Assembly: GCA_000004695.1 (NCBI GenBank)
Contig: CM000151.3
Location: 4,192,001 to 4,256,000, forward strand
Direction of reading: 5' to 3'
From: Dictyostelium discoideum
Lineage: Eukaryota
Length of the DNA stretch: 64,000 nt
Position 1 is the stretch's first letter. Every line of letters begins with the position of its first letter. This document shows positions 1 through 13,324 of this stretch, piece after piece. Below the pieces are notes generated by a model. It ran no database searches. It was not told where the DNA came from and saw only the letters and a list, made by a program, of their open reading frames with translations. A program made the translations under genes and the position numbers.

Positions 1-629
1 TTCAAAATGATTTTAATTTTCCATTATTAGAAACATTTGAAAATATTAAATCAATTAAAGTATTTGATTATGTATTTAATAAATTACTTGATAACAATAA
101 TAATAATAATAATAACGATTATTTAGATATTTTACAATATATAATTTGTAATAAATTTGATTTAGCAAGTTATTTCAAACTAAATTATTCAACATATTAT
201 TATTTATCAATTGAAAGATTTTCAATTTCATTTTTTAAAAAAAAATTACATTATGAATCAATGGAATTTGTATATAATAATTTCTTTGATTTTAGTAATG
301 ACCAATTTGATCAATTTCATAATTTACATCAATTAGTACATCATTATTTAAATTATAATAAAAAAGAAATACATAGGTTATCAAATTTATTAAAGAATGA
401 ATCAAGTTTTAATTTATTAAAATATGGTAATCCGGCAGTATTATTCTATCAATTAAATTATTTATATGATTATAATTTCGATAAATTTAATGAATGTTTT
501 CAATTTGTACCTATAAATAAAAAATTTTATTTTTATTATCTCAAAGGTGAATTAAAAGAAATGTTATTAAATGGAAATTTAACAATTGATACTTATGTAG
601 AACCATTTAATTATTCACTATATTTTTAA
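1..629 (+). CDS. 3' portion of a gene that starts upstream of the window; Asn/Tyr/Phe-rich hypothetical protein (C-terminal ~209 codons)
   Basis: Frame beginning at nt 3 is open from the window edge to TAA 627-629. The ORF-track Met at 261 is internal. Dictyostelium-style codon usage; no recognisable domain. Confidence 0.5.
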   Translation, partial: QNDFNFPLLETFENIKSIKVFDYVFNKLLDNNNNNNNNDYLDILQYIICNKFDLASYFKLNYSTYYYLSIERFSISFFKKKLHYESMEFVYNNFFDFSNDQFDQFHNLHQLVHHYLNYNKKEIHRLSNLLKNESSFNLLKYGNPAVLFYQLNYLYDYNFDKFNECFQFVPINKKFYFYYLKGELKEMLLNGNLTIDTYVEPFNYSLYF

Positions 630-797
630 TATTAATAATTGATATTAAAGATAGAAATGATTTAGAAACAAAAAATTTCCTTTTAAATTTTTATTCAAAT
701 AATCAAAGTGTTTTTGATTATTTGTGTAAGAATTTAATTTAAAAAAAAAAAAAAAAAAAAAGTATAAAGGATTGGTTGGAATTTAATTCAAAAAAAA

Positions 798-982
<185 letters not shown>

Positions 983-1350
983 ATAATTAAAAAAACAATA
1001 AAAAATAAATAAATAATAATAATTATATAATTTTTTATTTTAAACCAATTAATTATTTTTTTATTTTTATCGTTTATTGATTTAATAAATTTAGAGAATG
1101 TGTTTAAAAAGATATACTTTATGATATTATTTTTAAAAAAAACTTGTTTCTGTGATAATTGATAAAATAAAAGAAATAAATTTTTTTTTATTATTATTAT
1201 TCATTTCAAGAATACATTAAAAAAAATAAAATAAAATATAAACTAAAGAATATATGCGCTAATTTAAAATTCTAAAATGGTTTATTATTTTTATATTTTT
1301 CTTTATTATTTTTAAAAACTAATTTAGTTTGATTATTTTTAATAGTATAT

Positions 1351-2293
1351 TTAGTTTGAACCTGAACCTAAAAAAAAAATAAAAAAAAAAAAAATAAAAA
1401 TAAAAATAAATGTTAATAAATATTATTGGTGGAGAGTAAAAAAAAAAAAATTAAAAAATTAAAAAAAAAACTCTTACCTGAACCACTACCACTTGCACTT
1501 CCACTACCTGATGAGCTACCACTGCCTGATGATGAACCACTGCCTGATGAGCTACCGCTACCACTACCTGATGATGAACCAGATGATGAACCAGATGATG
1601 AACCAGATGATGAACCAGATGATGAACCAGATGATGATGATGATGATGAACCAGATGATGATGATGATGAACCAGATGATGATGTACCAGATGATGAACC
1701 ACATTGTGACCAACCATTACAATCACCATTACTCCAAGTAGTCCAAGCATCATAACCTTGAGCATTTAAGACAGCAAGAGCACATTGTGCATTGATATCT
1801 GGGTTGAATAAATCACTTGGGGTTGAACAAGCAGTACATAATTCCCCGCAATGTTCAGTTAAGATTTGCCATAAACCTGAAGCACTTGATGGATTATAAG
1901 CTTCTACAATTTTTTCAATTTTATAATTATTATTGTATTTTTAGTTAGTAAAAAAATAAAAAAAAAATAAAAAAAAAAAGTGGAAAATAAAAAAAAAAAA
2001 AAATTGGTAACCAAAAAAAATAAAAAAATAAAAACATACGTGGATTCCAGCTTGATTCATAATAACTGATACACTATTTTTCATTTAATTTTAAAATAAT
2101 AATAATTAATAATTAATAAATAATTCATTTAAAAAAAAAAAAAAAAAATAATAATACATACAATCATATTAGTGGCGGTGCTACCTGAAAAGTATTGACC
2201 TGCTAATGATTGCATTTGTGAACATGATAAGGCTTGACCATTTGCGATGGCAACGGCAACAGCCATTAAAGCAGCGACAGATTTGAAGAACAT
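1351..2293 (-). CDS. Secreted lysozyme-like protein (amoeba Aly-type / GxxQI-motif) with Ser/Gly-rich C-terminal tail; 4 exons
   Basis: Minus-strand exons 2293..2162, 2073..2040, 1903..1478 and 1367..1351, with introns 2161..2074 (GTATGT...AG), 2039..1904 (GTATGT...TAG) and 1477..1368 (GTAAGAG...TAG). Exon 1 reads [44 protein letters not shown], a signal peptide. Exons 2-3 read [80 protein letters not shown] followed by a (GSSS)n tail. It has 8 or more Cys and an SGLWQI motif like the lysozyme GIFQI/GPFQI motifs. The last intron is inferred; the alternative is read-through to TAA about 60 nt further. Confidence 0.5.
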
Positions 2294-2783
2294 TTTATTT
2301 ATTTATATATTATTAGAATTTAGATAATAGGAAAAAGAAAAAGAAAAAAAAAAAAAAAAAAAAAATTTATAAAAAAAAAACACAAGGACTAAAAAAAAAA
2401 ATAAAATTTAAAAAAAAATTATTTTAAAAAAAAAAAATTAAAAAAAATCTAATAACGAAGTATTTTTGGAAAATATCCAACTCTTTTTTTTTTTTTTTTA
2501 ATGGGATCATTATGATTAAAAAAACTTTTTTTACTATTTTTTATTTTTAAAATAAAATACAAATTTGCCTGGTAAAATGAAAATTCATATTTTGGGATTT
2601 TTTAGATCATTATCATATGGTAATAGACTTCCTGGTCGGCCTGATCAAAAATAAATAAAGATATTTTTGAAGATGCAAAGGATAATTTTATAAAAAAAAA
2701 AATAAAAAAAAAAAAAAATAAAGGATTTTATTTTAATTTAATTATATTAAACATAATAAAGAAAAATGATCGCTTTTGAGAAG

Positions 2784-2826
<43 letters not shown>

Positions 2827-2835
2827 GTATTTTGG

Positions 2836-2866
<31 letters not shown>

Positions 2867-3121
2867 ATATTGCGCAAATATATGTTTAAATAGAGAATTT
2901 TTTTGTTTTAATTAAGAACTTTTTTTTTTTTTTTTATTACATTTTATTTTTTATTTTTTATTTTTTTTTTTTTGTTAAAGTATTATTATTATTGGTGATC
3001 ATTTTATTTTTTGAGAAAAAAAAAAAAATATATATATAAAAAAAAAAATTTTTTTTAAACGTAAGAAACTATTTTTTTTTTTTTTTTTTTTTTTTTATGA
3101 TCTAATATTATTATTATTATT

Positions 3122-3378
3122 TTATTGTTTTTCAAACATAAAAGCTAAAGTTCTTCTTTTTGATTTCATGTATGGGTAAATAACATCTTGATGTGGGTGA
3201 TGTGGGACGATGAAATTCTTTAAACCATAAAAAACAACGAAAACGCTGGCATAGTTGATGAAAACAGCGGTTGGGTCACCTTTGAATGGGTTGAGATTTT
3301 CTATGAAATTGATAAATTATTGAGTTTTTATTAATTATAAATTGATATTAATTGTGCATTATAAAGAAAAGAGAGGAG

Positions 3379-3413
<35 letters not shown>

Positions 3414-3749
3414 GTTAGTGATATTATTAAATAAAAAAAAAAAAAAAAAAAAAATTATCTCCAAAGATTATGTTGTACAAAAAGTAATTATTTATTATCA
3501 TTCTTGAAATTTTTTATTTTTAATATGCAACCTGAAATTCGTTCTTTTATCATTGTGGTTTTTTATTTTTTTATTATTTTTTTTTTTTATTATTTTTATT
3601 TCTTTTTTTTTTTATTTTTTTTTTCCAAAAAAAAATAAAAAAAAATAATAAAAAAATAAACAAATTGAATTAAATAAATAAATTAATTAAAACATACCAA
3701 GGGCGAGTGTAATGAGTGATTTATTTTGAACGTGTTTGAATGCTAACAT
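3122..3749 (-). CDS. Small (76 aa) single-pass membrane protein, 2 exons; function unknown
   Basis: Exon 1 3749..3698 reads MLAFKHVQNKSLITLAL+G with a GTATGT donor. Intron 3697..3301. Exon 2 3300..3122 reads ENLNPFKGDPTAVFINYASVFVVFYGLKNFIVPHHPHQDVIYPYMKSKRRTLAFMFEKQ*. The GC-richer exon islands stand out in an AT-rich spacer. Confidence 0.4.
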
Positions 3750-4166
3750 TTTTGGGTATATGTAAATCTTATATGAAATGAAAAAAAAATGAAAAAATTT
3801 TAAAAAACAAAAAAAAAAAAAAAAAAAAAAAAATTAAAAAAAAAAAATTAAAATAAAATAAAATAAAATTTTTTTTTTGAATTTTTTTGAACTTCGAATC
3901 TATCAAATTCAACAAAGTTTTAAGAAATTTCACCAAAAAAAAAATTGAATAAATAATTTTATTTATTTATTTTATACATTTTATTTTTTTCATTCATTTT
4001 GTTTTTTTTTTTTTTTTCCAGGCTAAAATAATTATTTAAATTTATAATTATCTTATTTTTTTTTTTTTATTATTTTTTTTTTTTATTGAATTTTGAATAA
4101 TTAATGATTATTAATTATTAAAAATAGTGTATTGTAAAAAAAAAAAAATCACAATTATTATTATTA

Positions 4167-4197
<31 letters not shown>

Positions 4198-4885
4198 AGA
4201 AAAAAAAAAAAAAATCAAGCATGTGTAAGTTGTGAATTAATTAATAATTATGATATTATCAATATCTTCCCAGCAGAGGCTGGTATCTAATAGTATTTAA
4301 TTAAGTGTTTGAAAAATTCATTGTAAATTGTCCCATTTTTTTTCAATTTTTTTTTTTTTTTTGGCTTGGTGCCAAGTTGGGCACATTTTGAAAAAAAAAA
4401 GGAAAAAAATAAAAAAAAAAAAAAAAATTTAAACATATGCAGGTTTGATTATGAAAGATCACATATTTTACAAATAATTTTTTTTTATTTTTTTTAATTT
4501 TTTTTTTTTTAATTTTTTTTTTCATTTTTTTTTTTTTACGTCAATAAAAGGCTTAAAATTTTCTTTTTTTTTTTTTTTTTCATTTTCAAAAAACAAATCA
4601 AAAACACCCCTTCCCCAATTCCACTCAAAGATAGTTTTTAGATATTTTTCTAACAAAATATTTGTTTAATTTCATTACATATAATTTAATTATTATTTAA
4701 TTTTTTAATAAAAAAAGTTTTTCAAAATAAGCAATATCAAAGTCTATTTTTAAATATACTGTAAGTAAAATTTTAATTAAAAAAATGTTTAAAAAAAAAA
4801 TAAAACAAATAAAAAAAATAAAAAAAAATCACGTAGAAAAAAAAAATAAAAGTGTAAATAAGGAATATTTTTTTTCGTTTGGAAC

Positions 4886-5014
4886 AAAAAACACCTTATT
4901 CTGGCATTTTTAATTTTTTTTTTTGATTGGTCAAAAAAAACACCTTATTCTGACATTATTTTTATTTTTATTTTTTTTTTTGTTTCGTCCAAAAAAACAC
5001 CTTATACTGACATT
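4886..5014 (+). promoter_or_regulatory. Three tandem copies (period ~55 bp) of motif AAAAACACCTTAT[T/A]CTG[G/A]CATT, 300-430 bp upstream of the MFS transporter ATG
   Basis: Copies at 4886-4907, 4936-4957 and 4993-5014, read directly. Each sits in an oligo-T context, and the motif occurs nowhere else in the window. Confidence 0.5.
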
Positions 5015-5310
5015 TTTATTTTATTTTATTTTATTTTTTTAATTAAAAATTATATATATAAAAAAAAAAGTGATATTATTTATTTTATTACCTTTTTTTA
5101 AATTTAATTACATATATATCAAAAAATTTACAGTTATAATAGCATTTTCAATTCAATGAATATTATTTATTTCACTATCCCATAAACTATTCACCCACAA
5201 AAAAAAACAAGAACAAAAAAGTAAAAAAGAAGTAAAAAAAAGAAAAAAAAAAACAAAACAAATTTTTAAGAGAAGAAAAAACCAGAAAGTAAAAGAGAAC
5301 CACTGAGCCG

Positions 5311-7299
<1,989 letters not shown>

Positions 7300-7644
7300 G
7301 AAAAAAAAAAAAAAAAAAAAAAAAGAAAAATCTTTATCTAATATAGTGTAATACAAAAATATCTAAAAAAAAAGAAAAAAAAAATATCTGAAAAAAAAAA
7401 AGAAAAAAAAAATAGAAAAAAAAAAAAGAAAAAAAAAATAGAAAAAAAAAAAAAGAAAAAAAAAAAAAATAATAACAAAACCAATTAACCAAAACTTTTT
7501 TTCAAATAAAAAAAACAAACCTTCAAGTAAAAATAAAAAATAAAGATAAAGATTTATAAAAAAAAAAAAAAAATTATTTGTTTTATTTGTTTATTGTAAA
7601 CTTTTTTTTTTTTTTTTCTAAAAATTTTTATTTTATTTTTTTTT

Positions 7645-7688
<44 letters not shown>

Positions 7689-8190
7689 CATTTATTAATT
7701 ATTAAATATATTATTAAATATATTATTAAATGTATTATTTTCATCAAGTTTTTTGGTTATAGTTCAAAAGAAATTTGAACTGCAATCCAAAAACTGCACT
7801 AGAGGAAATAACAGATAAGATGGTTTTATTGGCATCTTAGTGATATACTTGAAGAAATCAAAACCAAAGATGATTTGATAGAATGTCGTAATGATGAATC
7901 ACTTGTTTATTTTTAATAAGTGATGATGAAACGTCATCAAGGAAATGTTCATTAGTTAAAAGTAAGCTTTTTTTTTATAAAATTAATAGATTTTTTTTTG
8001 TAAATTAAACAGATTTTTTTTTTTATGAGTTTACAATTCCACATTAATTATTTTTAAATAGAACAACATTCGTCATCAGTAATAGATTTTTTGTAAAATA
8101 AATAGATTTTTTTTTTTTTTTTTTTTTTTTCAGTTTTTTTTTTTCAGTTTATTAAATTACATTTCTTGTTTTTAATTTATTTTTATTTAT

Positions 8191-8192
<2 letters not shown>

Positions 8193-8254
<62 letters not shown>

Positions 8255-8273
8255 GTAATAATAATAATAATAA
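8193..8273. repeat. (AAT)n microsatellite abutting the start codon of the nucleotidyltransferase gene
   Basis: Direct read. The repeat ends 3 nt before ATG 8277. Confidence 0.9.
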
Positions 8274-8276
8274 ATA

Positions 8277-9101
8277 ATGATTCCAATAAAACATCAAAAT
8301 TTTATAAAAGAAATAATTGAATTATTAAAAAATGATTCAAGATTTGAATGTTTACTAGGGGCAGGATCAATGATTAATGATGAAATGGATGAACATTCTG
8401 ATTTAGACTTAATGTTAGTTGTTAAAAAAGAAGAATTTTCAGAGATTATGCTAAAAAGAAAAGAATTTGCAATTAAATTAAATGGTTATTTATCTGGATT
8501 TACAGGTGAACATGTTGGAGAACCAAGACTTTTAATTTGTTTATATGAAAGGGATAATGAAAATAATCAAAATGATTTATTATTACATGTTGATTTAAAA
8601 TTTATAACATTCGATTCAATGATAAAAGAATTAATCGAAATGCCAGTTGTATTATGGGAGAATGGTGATAATAATAATAATAATAATTCATCAATTAAAG
8701 ATTTAATAAAAAATTCAAATGTAAAATGGCCAAATAAAGAACCACAATGGTTTGAAGATAGAATTTGGATTTGGATTCATTATTGTTTAACAAAAATTCA
8801 AAGAGGTGAATTATTCGAAGCTATTGGTACGTTATCATGGATTAGGGATCAGGTTTTAGGTCCAATGTCAAATCGTAGAATTGGATTAAATCAAAGAGGT
8901 GTTAGAAAATTGGAATTAATTTCTGAACCAATTTCAACATTACTAAAAACAACAATTCCTTCAAATATTGATAAATCTTCATTATATGAATCATGTAATA
9001 ATTGTATTACAATTTATATAAATTTAAGAAATGATTATCCTCCAAATAATATTATTAAAAATATGCCATCAGTTTTAAATAAAATTTTAAATAATATTTA
9101 A
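8277..9101 (+). CDS. Intronless nucleotidyltransferase of the ANT(6)/AadK streptomycin-adenylyltransferase type (bacterial-like)
   Basis: A 274-aa uninterrupted ORF. The N-terminal NTase-fold motif is LLGAGSMINDEMDEHSDLDLMLVV (GS...D.D). The C-terminal block EDRIWIWIHYCLTKIQRGELFEAIGTLSWIRDQVLGPM matches the AadK block EFWMVSTYVVKGLARNEILFAIDHLNEIVRPNLLRM. This call is from memory of the family and has not been searched. Confidence 0.55.
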   Translation: MIPIKHQNFIKEIIELLKNDSRFECLLGAGSMINDEMDEHSDLDLMLVVKKEEFSEIMLKRKEFAIKLNGYLSGFTGEHVGEPRLLICLYERDNENNQNDLLLHVDLKFITFDSMIKELIEMPVVLWENGDNNNNNNSSIKDLIKNSNVKWPNKEPQWFEDRIWIWIHYCLTKIQRGELFEAIGTLSWIRDQVLGPMSNRRIGLNQRGVRKLELISEPISTLLKTTIPSNIDKSSLYESCNNCITIYINLRNDYPPNNIIKNMPSVLNKILNNI

Positions 9102-9190
9102 AATAAAAAAAAAAAAAAAATAATAATAATAATAATATATAAATTTTTATTTTATTTTTATTTTATTTAATTTTATTTTATTAATTTGTC

Positions 9191-9628
9191 TTAAATAAAA
9201 ATACCTCTAAAACATTTTTTACCACAACCAATTCTATAACAACATTTTTGATTCTCTCCATAAGCTTTACAATCACTATCTTTTGTACATTGGTCAGTTG
9301 GTGAACAATATATTTCAATTCTATTTTTCGGACAATTTAAAGTTGCAGTAGTTAATACAGATTGGACCAAATTTGCTTTATTACTTGGAACATTTGATGA
9401 TGAGGGTTTTACAAATCCAGAACTTGTTGTTGTTGTTGTTGTTGGAGTATTTGTTGGAGTATTTGTTGGAATATTATTTGATGTAGGAATATTCGTCGTA
9501 GTTGTTGTGGTTTGATTTGGATTTGTAAATGTTACAGATGTTACCCCACAAATACTCAAATTTATAAACAAACAATTAATTAAAAACAAAAAAAATAAAA
9601 TTTTAATAAAATTATTTAACATCATCAT
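9191..9628 (-). CDS. Secreted protein: signal peptide + Thr/Asn-rich linker + C-terminal WAP-type four-disulfide-core domain
   Basis: The ORF starts MMMLNNFIKILFFLFLINCLFINLSICG (signal), then has a (T/N/P)-rich stretch, then CPKNRIEIYCSPTDQCTKDSDCKAYGENQKCCYRIGCGKKC. That fits the WAP 8-Cys spacing CP-x7-C-x5-C-x5-C-x8-CC-x4-C-x3-C. Confidence 0.6.
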   Translation of the reverse strand: MMMLNNFIKILFFLFLINCLFINLSICGVTSVTFTNPNQTTTTTTNIPTSNNIPTNTPTNTPTTTTTTSSGFVKPSSSNVPSNKANLVQSVLTTATLNCPKNRIEIYCSPTDQCTKDSDCKAYGENQKCCYRIGCGKKCFRGIFI

Positions 9629-10892
9629 TTTTGAATTTTTTTTTAATTATTTAATTATTTTTTAAAACTATATATTTTGAAAAAATAAAAATTAATTTTT
9701 TTCTTTACTTGTTGTTTTTTTTCTTCTTTAAAAAAAAAAAAAAAAAAAAAAATAAAAATTATTATTATTTATTATTATAATAATTATTATTATTTAATTT
9801 TTTAAGGGTTTGGTCAATTGATGGATAAATAAATAAATATAATAAAAAAACAAAAATGGGTTGTCTTTATATAGAAAAACTATAAAATGTTTTTAAATAA
9901 AATTATAAATATGAAAAATAAAATAAACAAACAAAATAATAATAATAATAATAAAAATAAAAATAATTAAGGATCAGATTGGTTTCATTTATATGTTGAG
10001 TGAGTTAGTGAGAGTGTGTGGGCGGGTTAGTGTGTGTATTTGTGTTTAGGGAGAGAACCAAAACCAAAATAATAAAAATAAATAAAAAAAAAAAAAAGAT
10101 ATTTATGTATGTATAAGTGTGTGGATATGTGTGAAAATCAATTGTACTAACCTATATATACTTGTGTTTAAAGATTTATTTGATTTTTCAATAAAAGATA
10201 TATTCTAGATTAGGATATTTTTTGTTTTTTTTATACTTTTTTGGTATTATTTTATATATCACCCCCAATTTTTATTATTAAAAAAAATAAAACAAAATAA
10301 AATAAAATAAAATAAAATATTTTAAAAGATATATTATAAAAAATATTATATTTCCACCCTAGGGAAAATCAATTAAAAAATGAAAAAATTCAAAAACTGT
10401 GATATCATTACAAAGGTCATTTTTTTATTTTTTAATTTTTTTATATACAAATTAATATTACCTTTAGTAATAAAAATATAATTTGGATCTTTTTTTTTTT
10501 TTTTTTTTTTTTTTGTTTTCATTAAAATAATAAAAATAAAAATTAAATAAAAAGTGGTTATAAAACAATACAATCAATCAGTTTTTGAAATAAAAAATTA
10601 ACACATACAATTAGTAATAGTATAAATACAAAAACCCCACTTAAAAAATTATATTTTATTTTTTTATTTATATATCTTTTAACCACTTTACACGTATACA
10701 CATAATATTTTTTTCATTTTAAATAAAAAAAAAAAAAGAGAAAAATAATAAATGAAAATATTTTCTTTTAATTTAAATAATAATAATTTAAATATTATTT
10801 AAATTTATATTTATTTATTTTTTATATTTATTTATTTTTTATTTATATTTTTTTTTTTTATTTTTTATTTTTTATTTTTTTATTTTATTTTT

Positions 10893-11337
10893 TTATTTAA
10901 ATTGTTCAATATTTAATTTAAATTCAGAAAATAAATCATTTAAAGATAATTTAACTTGTTTATTATCTTCAGGTAAATCACGTTTTCTAACATTTAAAAT
11001 ATTTGTATCAATTTCTTCTTGACCAACTACAATGATATAATTATATTGAGAGACTGTAGCTTCACGAATTTTCTTTGATAATAATTTTGAATCATTTAAA
11101 TCTACATCAACATCATAACCAGCTAAATTAATTTTAGATTGAATTTCTTGAGCAAATTGATTAAATTTATTTGAAACTGGAATTACAATACATTGACGTG
11201 GTGATAACCAAAATGGCCATTTACCAGCAGTATGTTCCATTAAAATTGCCATCATTCTTTCAACTGAACCAAATAAAGCACGATGAATCATAACTGGACG
11301 ATTTAATGAATTATTGTTATTATTATCATTTATTTCT

Positions 11338-11369
<32 letters not shown>

Positions 11370-12989
11370 TAATCCACCAGAATATTCTAAATTAAAACGA
11401 ATTGGTAATTGAAAATCTAATTGAATTGTTGCACATTGATGATTTTTACCATTTGCATCTTTAAGATGAATATCAATTTTTGGACCATAGAAAGCACCAT
11501 CACCATGATTAATTGTCCATTTATCACCACAAAATTCAGTTAAAACTTGAGAGAGTGAAGTTTCAGCTTTTTCCCAAACTGATAATTCACCAAGATAAGA
11601 ATCTGGACGAGTTGATAATTCTAAATGAAAAGTGAAATTAAAGATTGTATAAACATATTTCATAAAGTCTAAACATTGTTTAATCTCTTCACGAATCATA
11701 TCTGGTGTACAAAAGATATGAGCATCATCTTGTTGAAAACGTCTTACCCTAGTGAGACCAGATAGAGAGCCATGGGTTTCATTACGATGTAAAACTCCGA
11801 AATCAGCAATACGCATAGGCAACTCTTTATAACTACGTGCTCTATGAGCATACATTAAACAATGGCCCGGACAATTCATTGGTTTTAAAGAGTATTGAGT
11901 ATGATCACATTCAAATGAAAACATATTATCCTTGTAATTATCCCAATGACCTGAAGTTTCCCAAAGTTTTTGATTATAAATATTTGGTGATATAACTTCT
12001 TGATAACCACGTTTACGATATTCCAAACGTAGGAATTGTAAAAGTTTATTATAAATCTTTGTACCATGTGGTAAAAAGAAACAACTACCAGGACTAAATG
12101 GATGAAAAAAGAAAAGTTCTTGATCTTTACCAATCACTCTATGATCACGTAATGCTGCAATCTTTTGAATCTCTACCCAATTATTCATTTGATCTTTACT
12201 TGGGAATGAAATACCAACAATACGTTGAAGTTCTGAATATTCTTTATTTGGTCCAACAACTGAACTATTTTTAATTAAATCTAATGATACAATTGAATTA
12301 CTTGAATCAATTGTTAAAAAATTATTTTTAAATTTAAATTCACCAAATTTTATAAAACTCTCCTCTTGATCTTGATCTTGGTCTTGTTGATCATTTTTTA
12401 AAATTTCAAATTTATCATTTCTTTTTACAATATATTCCATAATTTTTTTAATTTTATTTATATCATTATCTTTAATAGTTTGATTTTTATCTTTAAAAAA
12501 TATATCAATATAAAATGTACCTTGATTAATGTTATCGGCAGTTTGTGGATTTACTAAATGACCAAAATTAATTAATTCAATTTCTTTATTTTCATTTTTA
12601 AAATATTCCATTGTTGCACGTGCCAATACTAATGAACTTGAATTCCAAAAACAAATTCTTGCATCTGAATGTTCTTCAAAATTTAAAAATTCAATATTAT
12701 AATCTTTACCACTCATTTCAATGATTTCTTTCATTGAAATTAATTTATTACCATTTAATCTTGATAAAATCGATTGTTTACCAATTGTTTTATTAATTTT
12801 ATTAGCAATTGTTAATGGTGTTTGTTTATCTTCAAATTTAAATATTCTACCATCATTTAATTTAATATTACCACCACCACCACTATTATTAATGTTTGTT
12901 GTTGAAAAATATTTATTTATTAAATTAATTTTATTATTATTAAAATTATTAATTTTTTGAATTGATTTTGTTAATTTTAAAAATGACAT
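10893..12989 (-). CDS. Threonyl-tRNA synthetase (class II aaRS) with ~40-aa N-terminal presequence-like extension; single exon
   Basis: A 698-aa ORF. It has a TGS domain (IKLNDGRIFKFEDKQTPLTIANKI), the ThrRS catalytic blocks (FFFHPFSPGSCFFLPHGTKIYN, ETSGHWDNYKDNMF, RRFQQDDAHIFC, HRALFGSVERMMAILMEH) and an anticodon-binding C-terminus. The N-terminus MSFLKLTKSIQKINNF...KYFSTTN is basic and hydroxylated, so possibly mitochondrial. Confidence 0.9.
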
Positions 12990-13167
12990 TTTTTAAAAAT
13001 TTACAAAAAAAAATAATAATAATAATATATGTGTATAAATTATTTTATTTATTTAATTATTTTTAATTATTTTTTTTTTTTTCTGATTTCTTTTTTTTTA
13101 CAATTAACCACTATTATCAATTTGATGGTAATCGTTTTTTTGAAAATAAAAAAAAAAAAAACTTTAA

Positions 13168-13214
<47 letters not shown>

Positions 13215-13324
13215 CACTTTTTTTTTTTTTTCATTTTTTTTTTTTTTTTTTTTTAATTTAGTTTTTCATTTTATTGGTTTTATTTGTTTTTTTTTTTTTT
13301 TTTTTTTTCACTCATTTCACACTA

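Noticed and set aside
1426-1765. Three ORF-track ORFs (PEPLP/DDEP-rich plus strand, His/Val-rich minus strand, MMNQ-rich plus strand)
   Set aside because: All overlap the (GSSS)n tail of the minus-strand lysozyme-like gene in other frames or on the opposite strand. They are low-complexity shadows with no start context or splice logic.
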